A stretch of DNA of 64,000 bases from Candidatus Latescibacterota bacterium (GCA_038279365.1 JAYODI010000004.1:21256-85255), one strand, 5' to 3'; shown: positions 28,516 through 39,409, numbered from the stretch's first letter. The notes: generated by a model from the letters alone, not told the origin. A program made the numbers and translations.

Positions 28516-29643
28516 TCAAGCGTTTTGGTGATAGATGGCAATGGTTTTTTCTGCAACAGATGGCCAGGCATAGCGGGTGTCGGCAAGGTAGCGAGAATGT
28601 TCTCCCATGGCATCTATTTTTTCTTTCGAATATGAAAGCATTTCAGAAAGACCTTTTTCAAGTGCACTTGGGTTTCGTGGGGGAACAAGCAGGCCGTTTT
28701 GACCATTGTCTATTGTTTCTGGAAATGCCCCCACAGATGTGGCGACCACTGGTCGGGCAAATGCATAGGCCAACTGCAAAGCCCCACTTTGGTAGATAGC
28801 GTGATAAGGATAAACTGCAATGTCACAGGCTTCAAAATAGTGTGCAATGTCTTCTAAGGCGATGTAGTCTGGACAAAAAACGACACGGTTTTTAAGGTTT
28901 AGTTTGTGAATAAGTGCAATAAGGTCTTCGGGGTTTTGACCAATGGGTTTTCCTGCTATTAACAAATTGACGTCTAAAAAGTGGGGGGCGATGCGGGCAA
29001 ATGCATCTAATAAATCTTCGGTCCCTTTATAGGGACGAATGGTGCCAAAGGCAAGTAAATAGCGGGTGTCGTTGTGGAGACCCAAGTATTTCTTCGATTC
29101 TGCCTTTGAACGCGGTGTATCTGATTCAGCAAAAACATAGTTGCCATGTGGGATGACGGATATTTTTTGTGTAGAGGGTGAAAACAATTGTAAAATGGCA
29201 TCGCGAGAGTCATTGCTGTGTGCAATGATGTGTTTGGCATAGTGATAAAGTTTGCCATATGCCCATTTCATTCCTCGCGCATTTTTTTCGGATGCATCGT
29301 GTGGCAATACATTGTGTGCGGTGTAGATAATCGGGATGTTGAGCCCATTACAAAGACCCAATATGAACCAATCTTTGCGTGCAGAGAAAGTGCTTTGAAC
29401 ATGGACAATATCGGGGCGGTAGGCTCTGTAAACAGATATGACATTGCGAATCTGTTTGTGATAAGGGGTGTGGGCATCAAAGGGTGTCGCAACTTCAAAG
29501 TTGTGAGGTTGGTCTGTGAGTTCATAGGGATTGGCCGTTACCAGTTGAACAGATGCTCCTGCATGGGCAAGGGCTTGGCAAAGGTTATAACTGTAGTGAC
29601 AAATGCCACCCCAACCACCGGTTTCGAGCATGAGTATTTTCAT
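28516..29643 (-). CDS. Glycosyltransferase family 4
   Basis: GGICHYS, TAHNVLPH, FGTIRPYKG, QSGALQLA. Start moved to MKILML (ATGA overlap at 29640-29643). Confidence 0.9.
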   Translation of the reverse strand: MKILMLETGGWGGICHYSYNLCQALAHAGASVQLVTANPYELTDQPHNFEVATPFDAHTPYHKQIRNVISVYRAYRPDIVHVQSTFSARKDWFILGLCNGLNIPIIYTAHNVLPHDASEKNARGMKWAYGKLYHYAKHIIAHSNDSRDAILQLFSPSTQKISVIPHGNYVFAESDTPRSKAESKKYLGLHNDTRYLLAFGTIRPYKGTEDLLDAFARIAPHFLDVNLLIAGKPIGQNPEDLIALIHKLNLKNRVVFCPDYIALEDIAHYFEACDIAVYPYHAIYQSGALQLAYAFARPVVATSVGAFPETIDNGQNGLLVPPRNPSALEKGLSEMLSYSKEKIDAMGEHSRYLADTRYAWPSVAEKTIAIYHQNA

Positions 29644-30788
29644 GGGCAAAGTTGATGGTAAATGTTTTGCGTGTTTTGAACCATATGTTTTAATGAAAAG
29701 CATGATTCAACACGGATACGGGCTTGTGTAGACAGGTGTGCACACAGAGCGGGATCATTGAGTAGGAATATAATGGCTTTTGCCAGGGCTTGGGTATTTT
29801 CGGGAGGCACAAGCAAACCTGTTTGTCCTTCAAGAACCGATTCGGGAATGCCATCAACCTGTGTTGACACGATGGGTTTTGAAGCGGCCATTACTTCAAG
29901 TATTGAAATGGGAAAACTTTCGTAACGAGACGGCAAAACAAAAAGATCAAAAGCTTTTAGAAGCGCAGGGATGTCTGCACGCATACCCAAAAAATCAACC
30001 TGATTTTCAATTCCAAGGCTTTTACATTGGGCCTTGAGTTTGGATTCTTCAGGGCCTTCACCCGCAATGGCCAACCGCACATGAGGGTGTTGTGCCAAGA
30101 CCTCAGGCATCGCTTGGAGTAAAATGTCAAATCCCTTTTGTGCGGAAAGACGTCCTACGGTGCCTAAGAGTATTTCATTTTCTCTTTTTAATGTGACGGG
30201 GGGAAGGGTTGAAAGGTCTTTGTCAAAAGCTATTGTGTCGATGCCATTGTAAACGACATCGGTATGGTCATTATGTATACCAAAGTGTTTGAGGCATAAC
30301 GTTCGACTGGAATTGCATACAGCAATCAGTTTATCCAGGCGACAAATCGTTTGGCGTTCAAAAAAACGTCCCCGCCTTGTAGGAGTTGTGCTGCGCGGCG
30401 GTAAGTGAAGCGTGGCAATCTTTGAGGGAACCTTGGCCATTCTTGCCGCCAACATGGCATATTGCCCGTGTAATGGATTCGATAGATTGAAATGTACAAT
30501 TTGAGGGCCTCGGGCTTTAAAACAAGCCATGTGACGCATAATTGCTTGTATGTCCGTTTTGCCTTGTATGGGGGCAAGCGTTATGGTCGGTATGCATAAG
30601 TCTTTCAGGGCTTGCTGTAACTGGGGGGGGGCCTGATCGGATATGGCCATTTCAATGTCAAATAGGCTGCGGTCTATGCCTTCTGCCAATGTAATCAGAT
30701 AGCGTTCGGCACCACCATAAATGGGTGCTTCAGAGACATAGAGAACTTTAATGGGCACGGTTGAGAACCTCGGTGTAGAGTGTTTCAA
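29640..30788 (-). CDS. Glycosyltransferase family 4
   Basis: GGAERY, GRLSAQKG, ESFPISILEVMA. Confidence 0.92.
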   Translation of the reverse strand: MKHSTPRFSTVPIKVLYVSEAPIYGGAERYLITLAEGIDRSLFDIEMAISDQAPPQLQQALKDLCIPTITLAPIQGKTDIQAIMRHMACFKARGPQIVHFNLSNPLHGQYAMLAARMAKVPSKIATLHLPPRSTTPTRRGRFFERQTICRLDKLIAVCNSSRTLCLKHFGIHNDHTDVVYNGIDTIAFDKDLSTLPPVTLKRENEILLGTVGRLSAQKGFDILLQAMPEVLAQHPHVRLAIAGEGPEESKLKAQCKSLGIENQVDFLGMRADIPALLKAFDLFVLPSRYESFPISILEVMAASKPIVSTQVDGIPESVLEGQTGLLVPPENTQALAKAIIFLLNDPALCAHLSTQARIRVESCFSLKHMVQNTQNIYHQLCP

Positions 30789-31962
30789 TTTGTGTGACGA
30801 TGGGGTTCCAACTGTAGTGTTGTTCGATTAAAGTGCGATTGTGTTTGCCCATAGATACCATTTTTTCAGGGTGTTGTAACAGGTCTATGAGTGCATCTGA
30901 CAAAGCATCGACATTGCATGAGGGCACAAGATGGCCCGATTTCCCATCTTCAACAAAATAGGGAATACCACCCACAGCACTGGCCACAATGGGTTTGCCG
31001 CTGGCCATTGCTTGCAACAGGCTTAAACCAAAGGCTTCTGCCAAAGTGGGCAAGCAGAAAATGGCACATCGGCGAAATAGATCGGGCATTTGGGTGAAGG
31101 GAACGGGGCCTAAGAATTCAACGTAATCTTCAATGCCCAAATTTTGAGCCATTGTTTTTAGTCGCGGTCTTTCAAAACCATCTCCAGCAAGAACCAACCG
31201 CGCGTTGGGAATGTGTTCGTGAACTTTTTGCATGGCCTGTATGAGATAATCTACGCCTTTTGCCGCAACGAGATGTCCGGCATAGAATATTTCGGGTGCC
31301 TGGGATGTTGTTTCTGATGGGGCTGGTGAAAATTCATTGGGGTCAACACCCAATGGAATAATAGGGGATTTGTTTTGGCAACAGTCGGGCAGATAATTAC
31401 GCGTTGGTTGAACTGAAACTGGCACACTTGCGGCTGTTTCCATCATGCGGTCCCATAACCATTTGCCCACCGTAAAATTGAGTTTGTCGATGAGTTTGTT
31501 TTTAAGTTTTCCAATGATACCCGTTTTGCCTGTTTCTCCAGGCATGGCCGTGTTGGGGGGCAATGAGTGTGTCATTGGCAAACTGACGGGACCATAGACA
31601 AAAGGTAAAGGCAAGCGCCAGCACAGGCTAAATTTTTCAAGAAATGCAGGGCGAATGTGATGAACGATATCGATGGGGTATTCTCGCGTCAATTTTTTTG
31701 CCAAACGATAAGAGCGAATCGTAAATGTCCACCAATTCCAACGATAGGCAAAATAGCTTTCTCGTTCTACAAAGTCGTAACCACTTATTTCATGAATGGT
31801 CACGTTGGGAATGGGTTCGCGTAATTTGGCTTTGGGCACAATGATGTGAATGTTGTGACCGCGTGCAGCCAAACCCGACACGATGGCATGAGCAACCTGA
31901 TATTCTCCACCGGGAATATGATCCGAAAAAACATATGACGTAGAAGAAAAAAGGATGTTCAT
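30748..31962 (-). CDS. Glycosyltransferase family 4
   Basis: GHLVAAKG, EAFGLSLLQAMASG (second Glu of the ExxxxxxxE motif is Gln). Confidence 0.88.
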   Translation of the reverse strand: MNILFSSTSYVFSDHIPGGEYQVAHAIVSGLAARGHNIHIIVPKAKLREPIPNVTIHEISGYDFVERESYFAYRWNWWTFTIRSYRLAKKLTREYPIDIVHHIRPAFLEKFSLCWRLPLPFVYGPVSLPMTHSLPPNTAMPGETGKTGIIGKLKNKLIDKLNFTVGKWLWDRMMETAASVPVSVQPTRNYLPDCCQNKSPIIPLGVDPNEFSPAPSETTSQAPEIFYAGHLVAAKGVDYLIQAMQKVHEHIPNARLVLAGDGFERPRLKTMAQNLGIEDYVEFLGPVPFTQMPDLFRRCAIFCLPTLAEAFGLSLLQAMASGKPIVASAVGGIPYFVEDGKSGHLVPSCNVDALSDALIDLLQHPEKMVSMGKHNRTLIEQHYSWNPIVTQIETLYTEVLNRAH

Positions 31963-33032
31963 GGTGTGTGTCCCATGTGTATGCGCGTGGTGACTAAGTG
32001 TAATTTGTCACCCACAATATGACTGAGGTTGTGGGTAAACTCCGGTACATCTTGAGCATCTAAATGCGATGTGTCTGGGCAATCAAACTTAGAAAGGTTT
32101 TCGTGGTCCATAAAGTGGATGGTTGGAATACCCGATAGGATTTGAAGCCTATCCCAATACATGGCTTTGGGAGCCATTTTCTCATCTGCTTCCCAATGTG
32201 CATCTGTGGTCGGCATACGCACCAAAACCATATTTCCACCTCGTTTGCGCAATTGGTCATAAAGGGGGCGCAATTCTTTTTGGGCGATGTGTTCAAATTT
32301 TGATTTTGGCGTACGTGTGATCTCATTTTGGGTGATGCTCGCAATTCTTTTTGTTCTATGCATTTGTAATGCTTCTGGCGATAAACGGTCATAATAGAAT
32401 GCAGGACGGAAGCGGTTTTTTTGCATATGAAAATAAAGCCAGTCGGGATGGAGTCTGGTATAGAGCAATGATTTGAATGCAAGAACGGGTGAGAAGATGA
32501 CAAAGTTTGATTGTAAAAAAACGCCCATTGAGGCATTCATTCTTTTTTCTATTGAAGCTGCCGTTTGAAATGTGTTGTGGTAATAAGTGATATATTCTAA
32601 TTCTTTTTGTTTGTTGATAGAGTCGGTTACACATAAAAAGGGAACGGTGACATCGGCAAGAATGATGCCGTCAAATTTGGGATCTGTACAAAGATCTTTG
32701 ATGACTTCAAAAGGCAGTGCACCATCAATGGCCAGTTGTATGGTATCAAATTCTGGAAAATTTTCATTAAGAATGGTTGGGTCAATACCCAACTGCGCCC
32801 GAGATGTGCCCACCACCACCATTTTTTTGCGACCGTGTTGACTGTATACACGATGGCGGTGTTCACTCCAATAGAGTTTGTTGTCTACTATGTTGGGCAA
32901 AAAACCTTTGTTGCGCCAGTAGATTTCACTCGTGCTCAAAAAAAATAGAACCAGTGCGATCACCGACACCCATAGTGAGGTGTAGGGTAATGATGGGCAT
33001 CGTGTTTCAGAATTGGAAGTAGATGAAGGCAC
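31959..33032 (-). CDS. Periplasmic SGNH-like acyltransferase partner of MBOAT (AlgJ/PatB/DltD-like)
   Basis: N-terminal TM, VVGTSR nucleophile block, C-terminal DTSH (DxxH); start overlaps the MBOAT end. Confidence 0.65.
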   Translation of the reverse strand: MPSSTSNSETRCPSLPYTSLWVSVIALVLFFLSTSEIYWRNKGFLPNIVDNKLYWSEHRHRVYSQHGRKKMVVVGTSRAQLGIDPTILNENFPEFDTIQLAIDGALPFEVIKDLCTDPKFDGIILADVTVPFLCVTDSINKQKELEYITYYHNTFQTAASIEKRMNASMGVFLQSNFVIFSPVLAFKSLLYTRLHPDWLYFHMQKNRFRPAFYYDRLSPEALQMHRTKRIASITQNEITRTPKSKFEHIAQKELRPLYDQLRKRGGNMVLVRMPTTDAHWEADEKMAPKAMYWDRLQILSGIPTIHFMDHENLSKFDCPDTSHLDAQDVPEFTHNLSHIVGDKLHLVTTRIHMGHTP

Positions 33033-34485
33033 GATCTTCCCCGGTCATTGAAATGATGACGAGATATACCATGGTTGCCAATGTGATGACACGCACGGGG
33101 CTTGGGAGCTTGGAAAACACAGTTTCAAGGCTGGACGCTTTAAGCCAGGCGTGAATGCCAAGTAGGGCTGCTGTGCAGCCTATTGAAACAACATAGTCGA
33201 ATCTTCCTGGTAAAATGCTGTGCACAAAATCAAACGATTGTGATGGGGTTAACAATGCCATCAGGCAAGCGATTGCTTGTGGAATATCGAGCATGTCTGA
33301 ACACAAAGAAAAAGCGCGTTGCAGGTTGGGTGCTCTAAAGAATACCCATGTGATGCATATGAGCAAAAAAGTGAAGATGGTGAGTAGACTGCGGCCTATG
33401 TGGGTTTGCCAAATAGGAAAATGGGCGAGGCGTGTTTTTAAGAGGAGGCGTTCGGCAATAAGGTAAAAGCCGTGTAAGCCTCCCCATATGACAAACATCC
33501 AAGAAGCACCATGCCACAATCCACCCAAGAGCATGGTGATAGAAAGGTTGATGTAAGTCCGTAAGCTACCCTTTTTGTTTCCGCCCAATGGAATGTAGAG
33601 ATAGTCTCTTAACCAAGTTGACAAGCTGATATGCCATCTGCGCCAAAAATCTGAAAATCCGATGGCAGCATATGGAAATCGGAAATTATCTGGCAGAGCA
33701 AAACCCAAGCAGAGTGCGATGCCTATGGCACACGTAGAATACCCAAAAAAGTCGCAAAATATCTGCGTCGTAAAGGCGAATGTACCTGTCCAGGCGGCAA
33801 GAAATCCGGCAGGTGAAGCGGTGTCAAACACACGTTCGGCAATGGGTGACATAAGTGCGTCTGCTATGACTACTTTGGAGAACAAACCGATCACAAAAAG
33901 ACACAGCCCCCAACCTATTTGATCTTTTGTGGCTGTGCGTGGTGTATCGCATTGGGGCAAAAAGTCTGTTGCCCTTACAATGGGACCTGCAACCAATTGT
34001 GGAAAGAATGTGACGTAGAGGGCGTAGTCTAAAAACGAGTGCCACGGGCGCATATTGCCACGATAGATGTCGATGGTATAAGACATGGTTTGAAATGTAT
34101 AAAACGATATACCAACGGGCAAAATAACATGAAAAGCATTTATGTGAAATGGTGTATTGAGGGATAAGAGAGCCGTGTTGAGGTTATCGATTAAAAAACC
34201 ACTGTATTTGAAATAGGACAGCATACCCAAATTGACCAAGAGGCTGACAAAAAGATAAAACCTTCGTTTGTGAAGGTGTTGGCTTTCATATAGTTTTTGT
34301 GAGGCGTACCAATCGATTAGGGTCGATATCCATAAGAGTGCTACAAATGGGGGATTCCAGGCGGCATAAAAGAGATAGCTCAAGCATAAGAGTACCAGTT
34401 TTTTGAGGGACCAGTTGCCAATTGTGCGCGTCAATATTAGCACGATTGCAAAAAATATGAGGAAGGTATAAGAGTTAAAGAGCAT
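33007..34485 (-). CDS. MBOAT family O-acyltransferase (AlgI/PatA/DltB-like)
   Basis: PVGISFYTFQ, FFPQLVAGPI, FWRRWHISLSTWLRDYLYIPLGG, GLWHGA, FIYFQF terminus. Confidence 0.93.
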   Translation of the reverse strand: MLFNSYTFLIFFAIVLILTRTIGNWSLKKLVLLCLSYLFYAAWNPPFVALLWISTLIDWYASQKLYESQHLHKRRFYLFVSLLVNLGMLSYFKYSGFLIDNLNTALLSLNTPFHINAFHVILPVGISFYTFQTMSYTIDIYRGNMRPWHSFLDYALYVTFFPQLVAGPIVRATDFLPQCDTPRTATKDQIGWGLCLFVIGLFSKVVIADALMSPIAERVFDTASPAGFLAAWTGTFAFTTQIFCDFFGYSTCAIGIALCLGFALPDNFRFPYAAIGFSDFWRRWHISLSTWLRDYLYIPLGGNKKGSLRTYINLSITMLLGGLWHGASWMFVIWGGLHGFYLIAERLLLKTRLAHFPIWQTHIGRSLLTIFTFLLICITWVFFRAPNLQRAFSLCSDMLDIPQAIACLMALLTPSQSFDFVHSILPGRFDYVVSIGCTAALLGIHAWLKASSLETVFSKLPSPVRVITLATMVYLVIISMTGEDRAFIYFQF

Positions 34486-34510
34486 TTGTGTTTTCTAAGC
34501 GATTGTCTGT

Positions 34511-35305
34511 TTATGCAAAAAGAAAGTCTTGTAGTTTGCGATACCAGCCATAACCACCATGTACGATAAGTCGAAAAAGTTGAAAATCAATATTGGTCGG
34601 AAACCGCGGTATGGCAAATAAATCAGATTGTTGGGTGAAGTATCCCAATTGCGTGGTAAATGCAGCCTTATAACCGGCCTCTTGAGTGGCTTTTTTTACG
34701 TCTTCATTAAATGCACCATAAGGATATGCAAGGGTTTCAATAGAGCTGTCTATTTGTTGTTCTAATTCGGAGCGTCCTAAGCAGAGCTCATGGTTTCGTG
34801 CAGTGGATGAAATATGCGTTAAATTGGGATGGGTGTGGGTATGTGCACCCATTTCGCATCCTTTTTGAGCAAGTGCCTTTAGGTGTATGGACGACATAAT
34901 TTCTATTTGGGCAATGTCTTTGCGATCTGCATCCCAAAGATTGCTGCGTCCTATGGCGGATGAGGGCACAAATACCGTGGCCGTTTCTGATTGCTCAAGT
35001 AAGTTTTCGATATAGGGTGCAATGGTGGTGTAGGCATCGTCAAATGTAAGTAGCACGCATTTGTGTGTGGGATGATTTTGCAAGCTTGTCGAGAGGGCTT
35101 GTTTTGTGCTGATGAGGCAAAAAGAATGCGCGCGTAAGTAATGCAATTGTTGCTCAAATATGTCGGGTGATAGAGCAATGGATGTTCCCGAATGATCGAT
35201 GCTGTGATACACAAAAATAGGGATACCAAATGATCTAAATCTCTGCGTGCAACGCGCAATTAGAATCAAGGTTTCCATGAGTGCATAACGAATGATGCGT
35301 TTCAT
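34511..35305 (-). CDS. Polysaccharide deacetylase (CE4/NodB fold, IcaB-like)
   Basis: YH, TFDDAY, AHTHTHP, AYPYG. Confidence 0.88.
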   Translation of the reverse strand: MKRIIRYALMETLILIARCTQRFRSFGIPIFVYHSIDHSGTSIALSPDIFEQQLHYLRAHSFCLISTKQALSTSLQNHPTHKCVLLTFDDAYTTIAPYIENLLEQSETATVFVPSSAIGRSNLWDADRKDIAQIEIMSSIHLKALAQKGCEMGAHTHTHPNLTHISSTARNHELCLGRSELEQQIDSSIETLAYPYGAFNEDVKKATQEAGYKAAFTTQLGYFTQQSDLFAIPRFPTNIDFQLFRLIVHGGYGWYRKLQDFLFA

Positions 35306-36279
35306 TTGGAGATGTGCCCATAGAGGGTGCCATATTCATAAATAATCTGCGTGAACTTTTCCAGTGCGGCAAAGGCCAAGCTGTCAGACCAAGAATATCC
35401 CATTTGATGGAATGTGCTTGTGTGGCGTGGAATGGCCAGTGTGGAAACGACAGCACGCAATGCATTTTTTAGAGCACCGCCAAAAGTAATGGGTCGGTTT
35501 TCTGCTTGTAACCACTGGACGCGGTTGCGACCAAAATTGAATCTTTCTTTAAAAAGTTTGGAGAGCTTCATTTCTCTGAAGTGATGGGTCAATGCTTGAG
35601 GGCGATACACAATTTGTAACCCGCTTTCGCGAATGCGCATACCCAGTTCTGTATCTTCACCACCAGGTGCCACGCCTTTGAATACCGCTTTGTAATTGGG
35701 ATCAAATCCACCTGTTTTTTCAAGTGTTTCGCGTCTGATACCTGCATTGCCACTGGTGAGATAGCGCTCTTTGTCGGCGGCTACTTTTTCGGCTTCGCGT
35801 TCGTCGCGCATGCACACATAGCGCGCTGCAAGGCCACCATCGGGCACCGAATCGTTTTTGCCATTTACGATGCCAATGCTTGGGTCAGACAAGGGATCGA
35901 CCAATGCATCGAGCCAACCGTCGAGCACTTCATGGTCATCGTCGAGAAAAACGACAATGGGACCCTGGGTAGATGATATGCCAAGATTGCGCGCCACTGC
36001 GGGGCCCGAATTTTTCTGTGTATGATAATTTAAAGTGTAAGGCATTTCTTTTTTTAGCTGTTCAAGCATTGCACAGGTGTGGTCTGGACTTCCATCGTCC
36101 ACAACGGTTACGTCGAACGTGCGTTGATACGTATGCTGGGCAATAGACCTTAAGGTTCGTTCCAGAGATTGCGCACGGTTATAGGTCGGAATGATGATGC
36201 TGACATCAACCGGGCTATTTTTTTGTGAATTTGACATAAGCACTTCACGTTTAAGGTAAATGGTGTTTTTGCTTGGCAA
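35302..36279 (-). CDS. Glycosyltransferase family 2
   Basis: IIPTYNR, VDDGS, ARNLG, FLDDD, GEDTE; start may be 36237. Confidence 0.9.
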   Translation of the reverse strand: MPSKNTIYLKREVLMSNSQKNSPVDVSIIIPTYNRAQSLERTLRSIAQHTYQRTFDVTVVDDGSPDHTCAMLEQLKKEMPYTLNYHTQKNSGPAVARNLGISSTQGPIVVFLDDDHEVLDGWLDALVDPLSDPSIGIVNGKNDSVPDGGLAARYVCMRDEREAEKVAADKERYLTSGNAGIRRETLEKTGGFDPNYKAVFKGVAPGGEDTELGMRIRESGLQIVYRPQALTHHFREMKLSKLFKERFNFGRNRVQWLQAENRPITFGGALKNALRAVVSTLAIPRHTSTFHQMGYSWSDSLAFAALEKFTQIIYEYGTLYGHISK

Positions 36280-37204
36280 TGCGCCGACATTCCCACAAGC
36301 GTCTTAAGAAGATGCGTGGTAGGTTCACAATAATTTGAACTTGAGTCCAAATGGCTTTTGATAGGGGCGGTGGGGTGGCTGGTGTGTCATATTTGCGCAA
36401 AATAGAATTTGGCAAGCCGTAACGAAGATAGATGTAAAGGTTTTTCCAAAAAGGTTGGGTTGGGTCTTTAAGGATGAATACTTGGCGGTTGCGAAGAAAA
36501 TAGCCATCGACATCTGTTACCTTTAATTCTTCAGCATGAATTTGCCCGTGGTAATGTCCGATCTTGCTCGTGGGCACAACGGCAATTTCATATCCGGCCG
36601 CAATGGTGCGCCTGCACAAATCTTTTTCCTCAAAGTATAGAAAGTAATACGGGTCAAAGGTTCCCAATGCTTGAATGACTTCTTTTCGCAAAAGCATGGC
36701 CGCCCCAATGACATGGGGAATGGTGTAGTATGGTGCAATGGAATTTTGTTTTTCGTCGGCAAAATAGGTGGTGTTGGCAGACAGTTGATTTTGAAACACG
36801 CGGTCAAATATCTGACCTTCATAATCGTATTGGAATGGCCCTAATATGCCTAAGCGTGGGGTTTCATTTGCCAGTTGGATGAGGTCGTCCATCCACCCTT
36901 CAAATACGACCGTATCTTGGTTGAGCAATAAAACAAAGTCCGCACCCTTTTTAAGTGCATATGTGATGCCCACATTGTTGCCACCGGCAAATCCCAAATT
37001 TTTCCCAGTTTGTATCAGTGTTACTTCTGGGTAATTTTGGCGAATCAATGCGGCGCTGTCATCGGTGGATCCATTGTCCACTGCCAATATGTGATAGTTG
37101 ATTTTGCGACGGCTTTGAGCAAGTGATTGTAGGCAGGCTTCGAGCCATTTTTTGCCGTTCCAAACGAGAATGAGAATCCAGACATTTGTTTTGACGTTGT
37201 TCAT
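36251..37204 (-). CDS. Glycosyltransferase family 2 (WbbL-like)
   Basis: VDNGSTD, NLGFAGGNN, LLNQD, YFEEKDLC. Confidence 0.9.
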   Translation of the reverse strand: MNNVKTNVWILILVWNGKKWLEACLQSLAQSRRKINYHILAVDNGSTDDSAALIRQNYPEVTLIQTGKNLGFAGGNNVGITYALKKGADFVLLLNQDTVVFEGWMDDLIQLANETPRLGILGPFQYDYEGQIFDRVFQNQLSANTTYFADEKQNSIAPYYTIPHVIGAAMLLRKEVIQALGTFDPYYFLYFEEKDLCRRTIAAGYEIAVVPTSKIGHYHGQIHAEELKVTDVDGYFLRNRQVFILKDPTQPFWKNLYIYLRYGLPNSILRKYDTPATPPPLSKAIWTQVQIIVNLPRIFLRRLWECRRIAKQKHHLP

Positions 37205-37207
37205 GGA

Positions 37208-38152
37208 TTAAAGAAATGCTCCAAGTATGCGAATAAAAAGAGGTGGACGAGGCGCAAAGTATTTGTCGAGCCAAATGTCTCCTTTGGGCACGTAACCCCG
37301 TTTGTAATCTTTGGCACCCAACCAAGAAGCGTATTGACGAATGGTTTCATAAATAGGGATTTTACAAGCCTGTAGAATGAGGCCTGATTTGCGTAAGTGT
37401 GTGATGCTTTGGCGGGCATAGTTTCTAAAACTACTGAGCACATATCGTATCTCTGCACCACGGTAATTGTCGATAAATTCGGGCGCAACATAACTGCGCC
37501 AATACCAGCGCACAAAAATGCTGTTTGTGCTTTCTTTGCTGTGTACATCAAGGTCATGATTGTGATAAACACAGGCGAGTGGTTGATACATGGTTTGGTA
37601 ATTGCGCAGTGTCATTTGTTTTGCCCAAACGGTATCTTCACTGATCATCAATGTTTCATCAAAAGGGTGTTGTTCCCATAAGGATCTGCGCAGTGCACCA
37701 TTGGCATTGGAAAAACTGCCCGATGGACGAGGTGCGGGCCAGTCTGGAAACCAGAGGTGTAGTTCGACGGCTTCAAATGGATCGGCGTGATCTATGGCCA
37801 ATTGTCGTCCAAAAACACCCGCAACTGATGCATCGTCTTTGAGCGGTTGGATAAGATGGGTTAACCAGTTGGTATTGGCCGGCACAGCATGTGCCGATAG
37901 GTTGACAATGAATTGACCTGTGCCAGCCGAGGCCCCCAAGTTGAGGGCTCGCCCCCAGGTAAATTGGCTGCGAAGAATTGGAATGACGCGTGCATTTTTT
38001 TTGCGTGCAATATCTGGGGTACCATCGGTTGATTCGGTGTCTACCACAATGGTTTCAACTTGTCCATCAAATGTTTGAGAAGCAATGGCATCTATTACTT
38101 TGCCAATGCTTCCTGCCTCATTTCGAGCTCTAATAACAATGGTTACATCCAT
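37208..38152 (-). CDS. Glycosyltransferase family 2 (rhamnosyltransferase-like)
   Basis: IRARNE, VDTESTD, LSAH, GRQ, FSNAN, SED. Confidence 0.85.
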   Translation of the reverse strand: MDVTIVIRARNEAGSIGKVIDAIASQTFDGQVETIVVDTESTDGTPDIARKKNARVIPILRSQFTWGRALNLGASAGTGQFIVNLSAHAVPANTNWLTHLIQPLKDDASVAGVFGRQLAIDHADPFEAVELHLWFPDWPAPRPSGSFSNANGALRRSLWEQHPFDETLMISEDTVWAKQMTLRNYQTMYQPLACVYHNHDLDVHSKESTNSIFVRWYWRSYVAPEFIDNYRGAEIRYVLSSFRNYARQSITHLRKSGLILQACKIPIYETIRQYASWLGAKDYKRGYVPKGDIWLDKYFAPRPPLFIRILGAFL

Positions 38153-38155
38153 AAT

Positions 38156-39409
38156 TTAACCTATTTGATCGAGAAGAGAGCGCCCTTGGTTTTGCTTGGG
38201 TGATGGCAATTGAAACAAATCGCAAATTGTTGGGCAAATATCAATGAGTTCCACTTCGTCTATGTGCCCTTGTGGTATGTCTTTTCCCCAAAGAATGGCC
38301 ATGCCTTTTTGTTCATCTATGTGAGTGGGATAACCGTGCATACCTACGGGGATTTTTGCATTAAAGTAGTCTGGGAAAATCATGACACCAGGGTTTGCTC
38401 GCCAAATGATTTGGCCATAGCGATCTCCGGGGGGAGGAATGCAAAGGTGTTTGGCTTCTGTTTCATCTATGACCATGCCTTTTGGTGTAAATGGCGGGTG
38501 AGAAAAAAGCTTTTGTAAGGCTTGGCCTGTCTGGTTGTTATGCCACCAGACGCGGGCCAAGGTTGAGTCTAAAAAAAGTGTAAAATCTCGTGTGTGTTTT
38601 AATTGGGGTAATTCACGTTTGATGATTGCGGCAATGTCGATGGTGTTGGTTACATTTAGCATGCCATGATCGCCAACAACTAAAAAACGAGAATCTTTAG
38701 GAAATGTTTTTATGAGTTGTGCAATCCAGGTGTCTTGTTGGGTGACACCATTTTTAAGTTCTTGCGAGTCTGGGCCAAAATTATGCCCATATTCATCGCA
38801 TCCGCCCAGGTATATCATGTAAAGGTCATGGTCACTGGTGACCTTGGAAGTGAGTTGTGCCACACGATCTTGGTCTGGGCCACTGACTTTGTTGTTGATC
38901 ACATAGGTGTCGTCAAAAATCTTGTATCCCGCGTTTGTTAAAACATCAAAACAAGATTCAATGCCAAATGCGCCACGATCTGTATAGCGCCTCGCTTCAA
39001 CGGCTGTTAAAAGTGGCAAAAGCGGCAATGGGATATTGTAACTGAGTGTTGACATTTGGGGATCTTTGAGCATTGGGCGGATAAGATCTTTGGTGAGCCA
39101 ACGGGTCATTCGCGTACTGCCTCGTCCTCCATAGTTTTTGACCTTTTCTGCGGCCCAGTTAAGCAGGTTTAGATAGTTTTTTTTGCTTGAGGAATGGCGT
39201 GTTTCTATAAACGTGAGTTGGGTAAATTTCTCACTGATATCGGGGCGTGCACCGGTGGCACTTTCCGTAAGTTCACAAAACCCAAAACTGGGTCTGAGTT
39301 TTTGAGCATAAAGACCTTGTTCTTTGAGTTGCCAAAGAGTAGGCGCTGTGTCGGGTTGGAGATAATCCCAACGAAAAGCATCAAGTAATATAAATATAAG
39401 TGGGGGCAT
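38156..39409 (-). CDS. Alkaline phosphatase superfamily (nucleotide pyrophosphatase/phosphodiesterase-like) protein
   Basis: ILLDA, DEYGH, GDHGM, GMHGY, DICPT metal motifs. Start moved to MPPLIF (39409); no signal peptide seen. Confidence 0.8.
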   Translation of the reverse strand: MPPLIFILLDAFRWDYLQPDTAPTLWQLKEQGLYAQKLRPSFGFCELTESATGARPDISEKFTQLTFIETRHSSSKKNYLNLLNWAAEKVKNYGGRGSTRMTRWLTKDLIRPMLKDPQMSTLSYNIPLPLLPLLTAVEARRYTDRGAFGIESCFDVLTNAGYKIFDDTYVINNKVSGPDQDRVAQLTSKVTSDHDLYMIYLGGCDEYGHNFGPDSQELKNGVTQQDTWIAQLIKTFPKDSRFLVVGDHGMLNVTNTIDIAAIIKRELPQLKHTRDFTLFLDSTLARVWWHNNQTGQALQKLFSHPPFTPKGMVIDETEAKHLCIPPPGDRYGQIIWRANPGVMIFPDYFNAKIPVGMHGYPTHIDEQKGMAILWGKDIPQGHIDEVELIDICPTICDLFQLPSPKQNQGRSLLDQIG

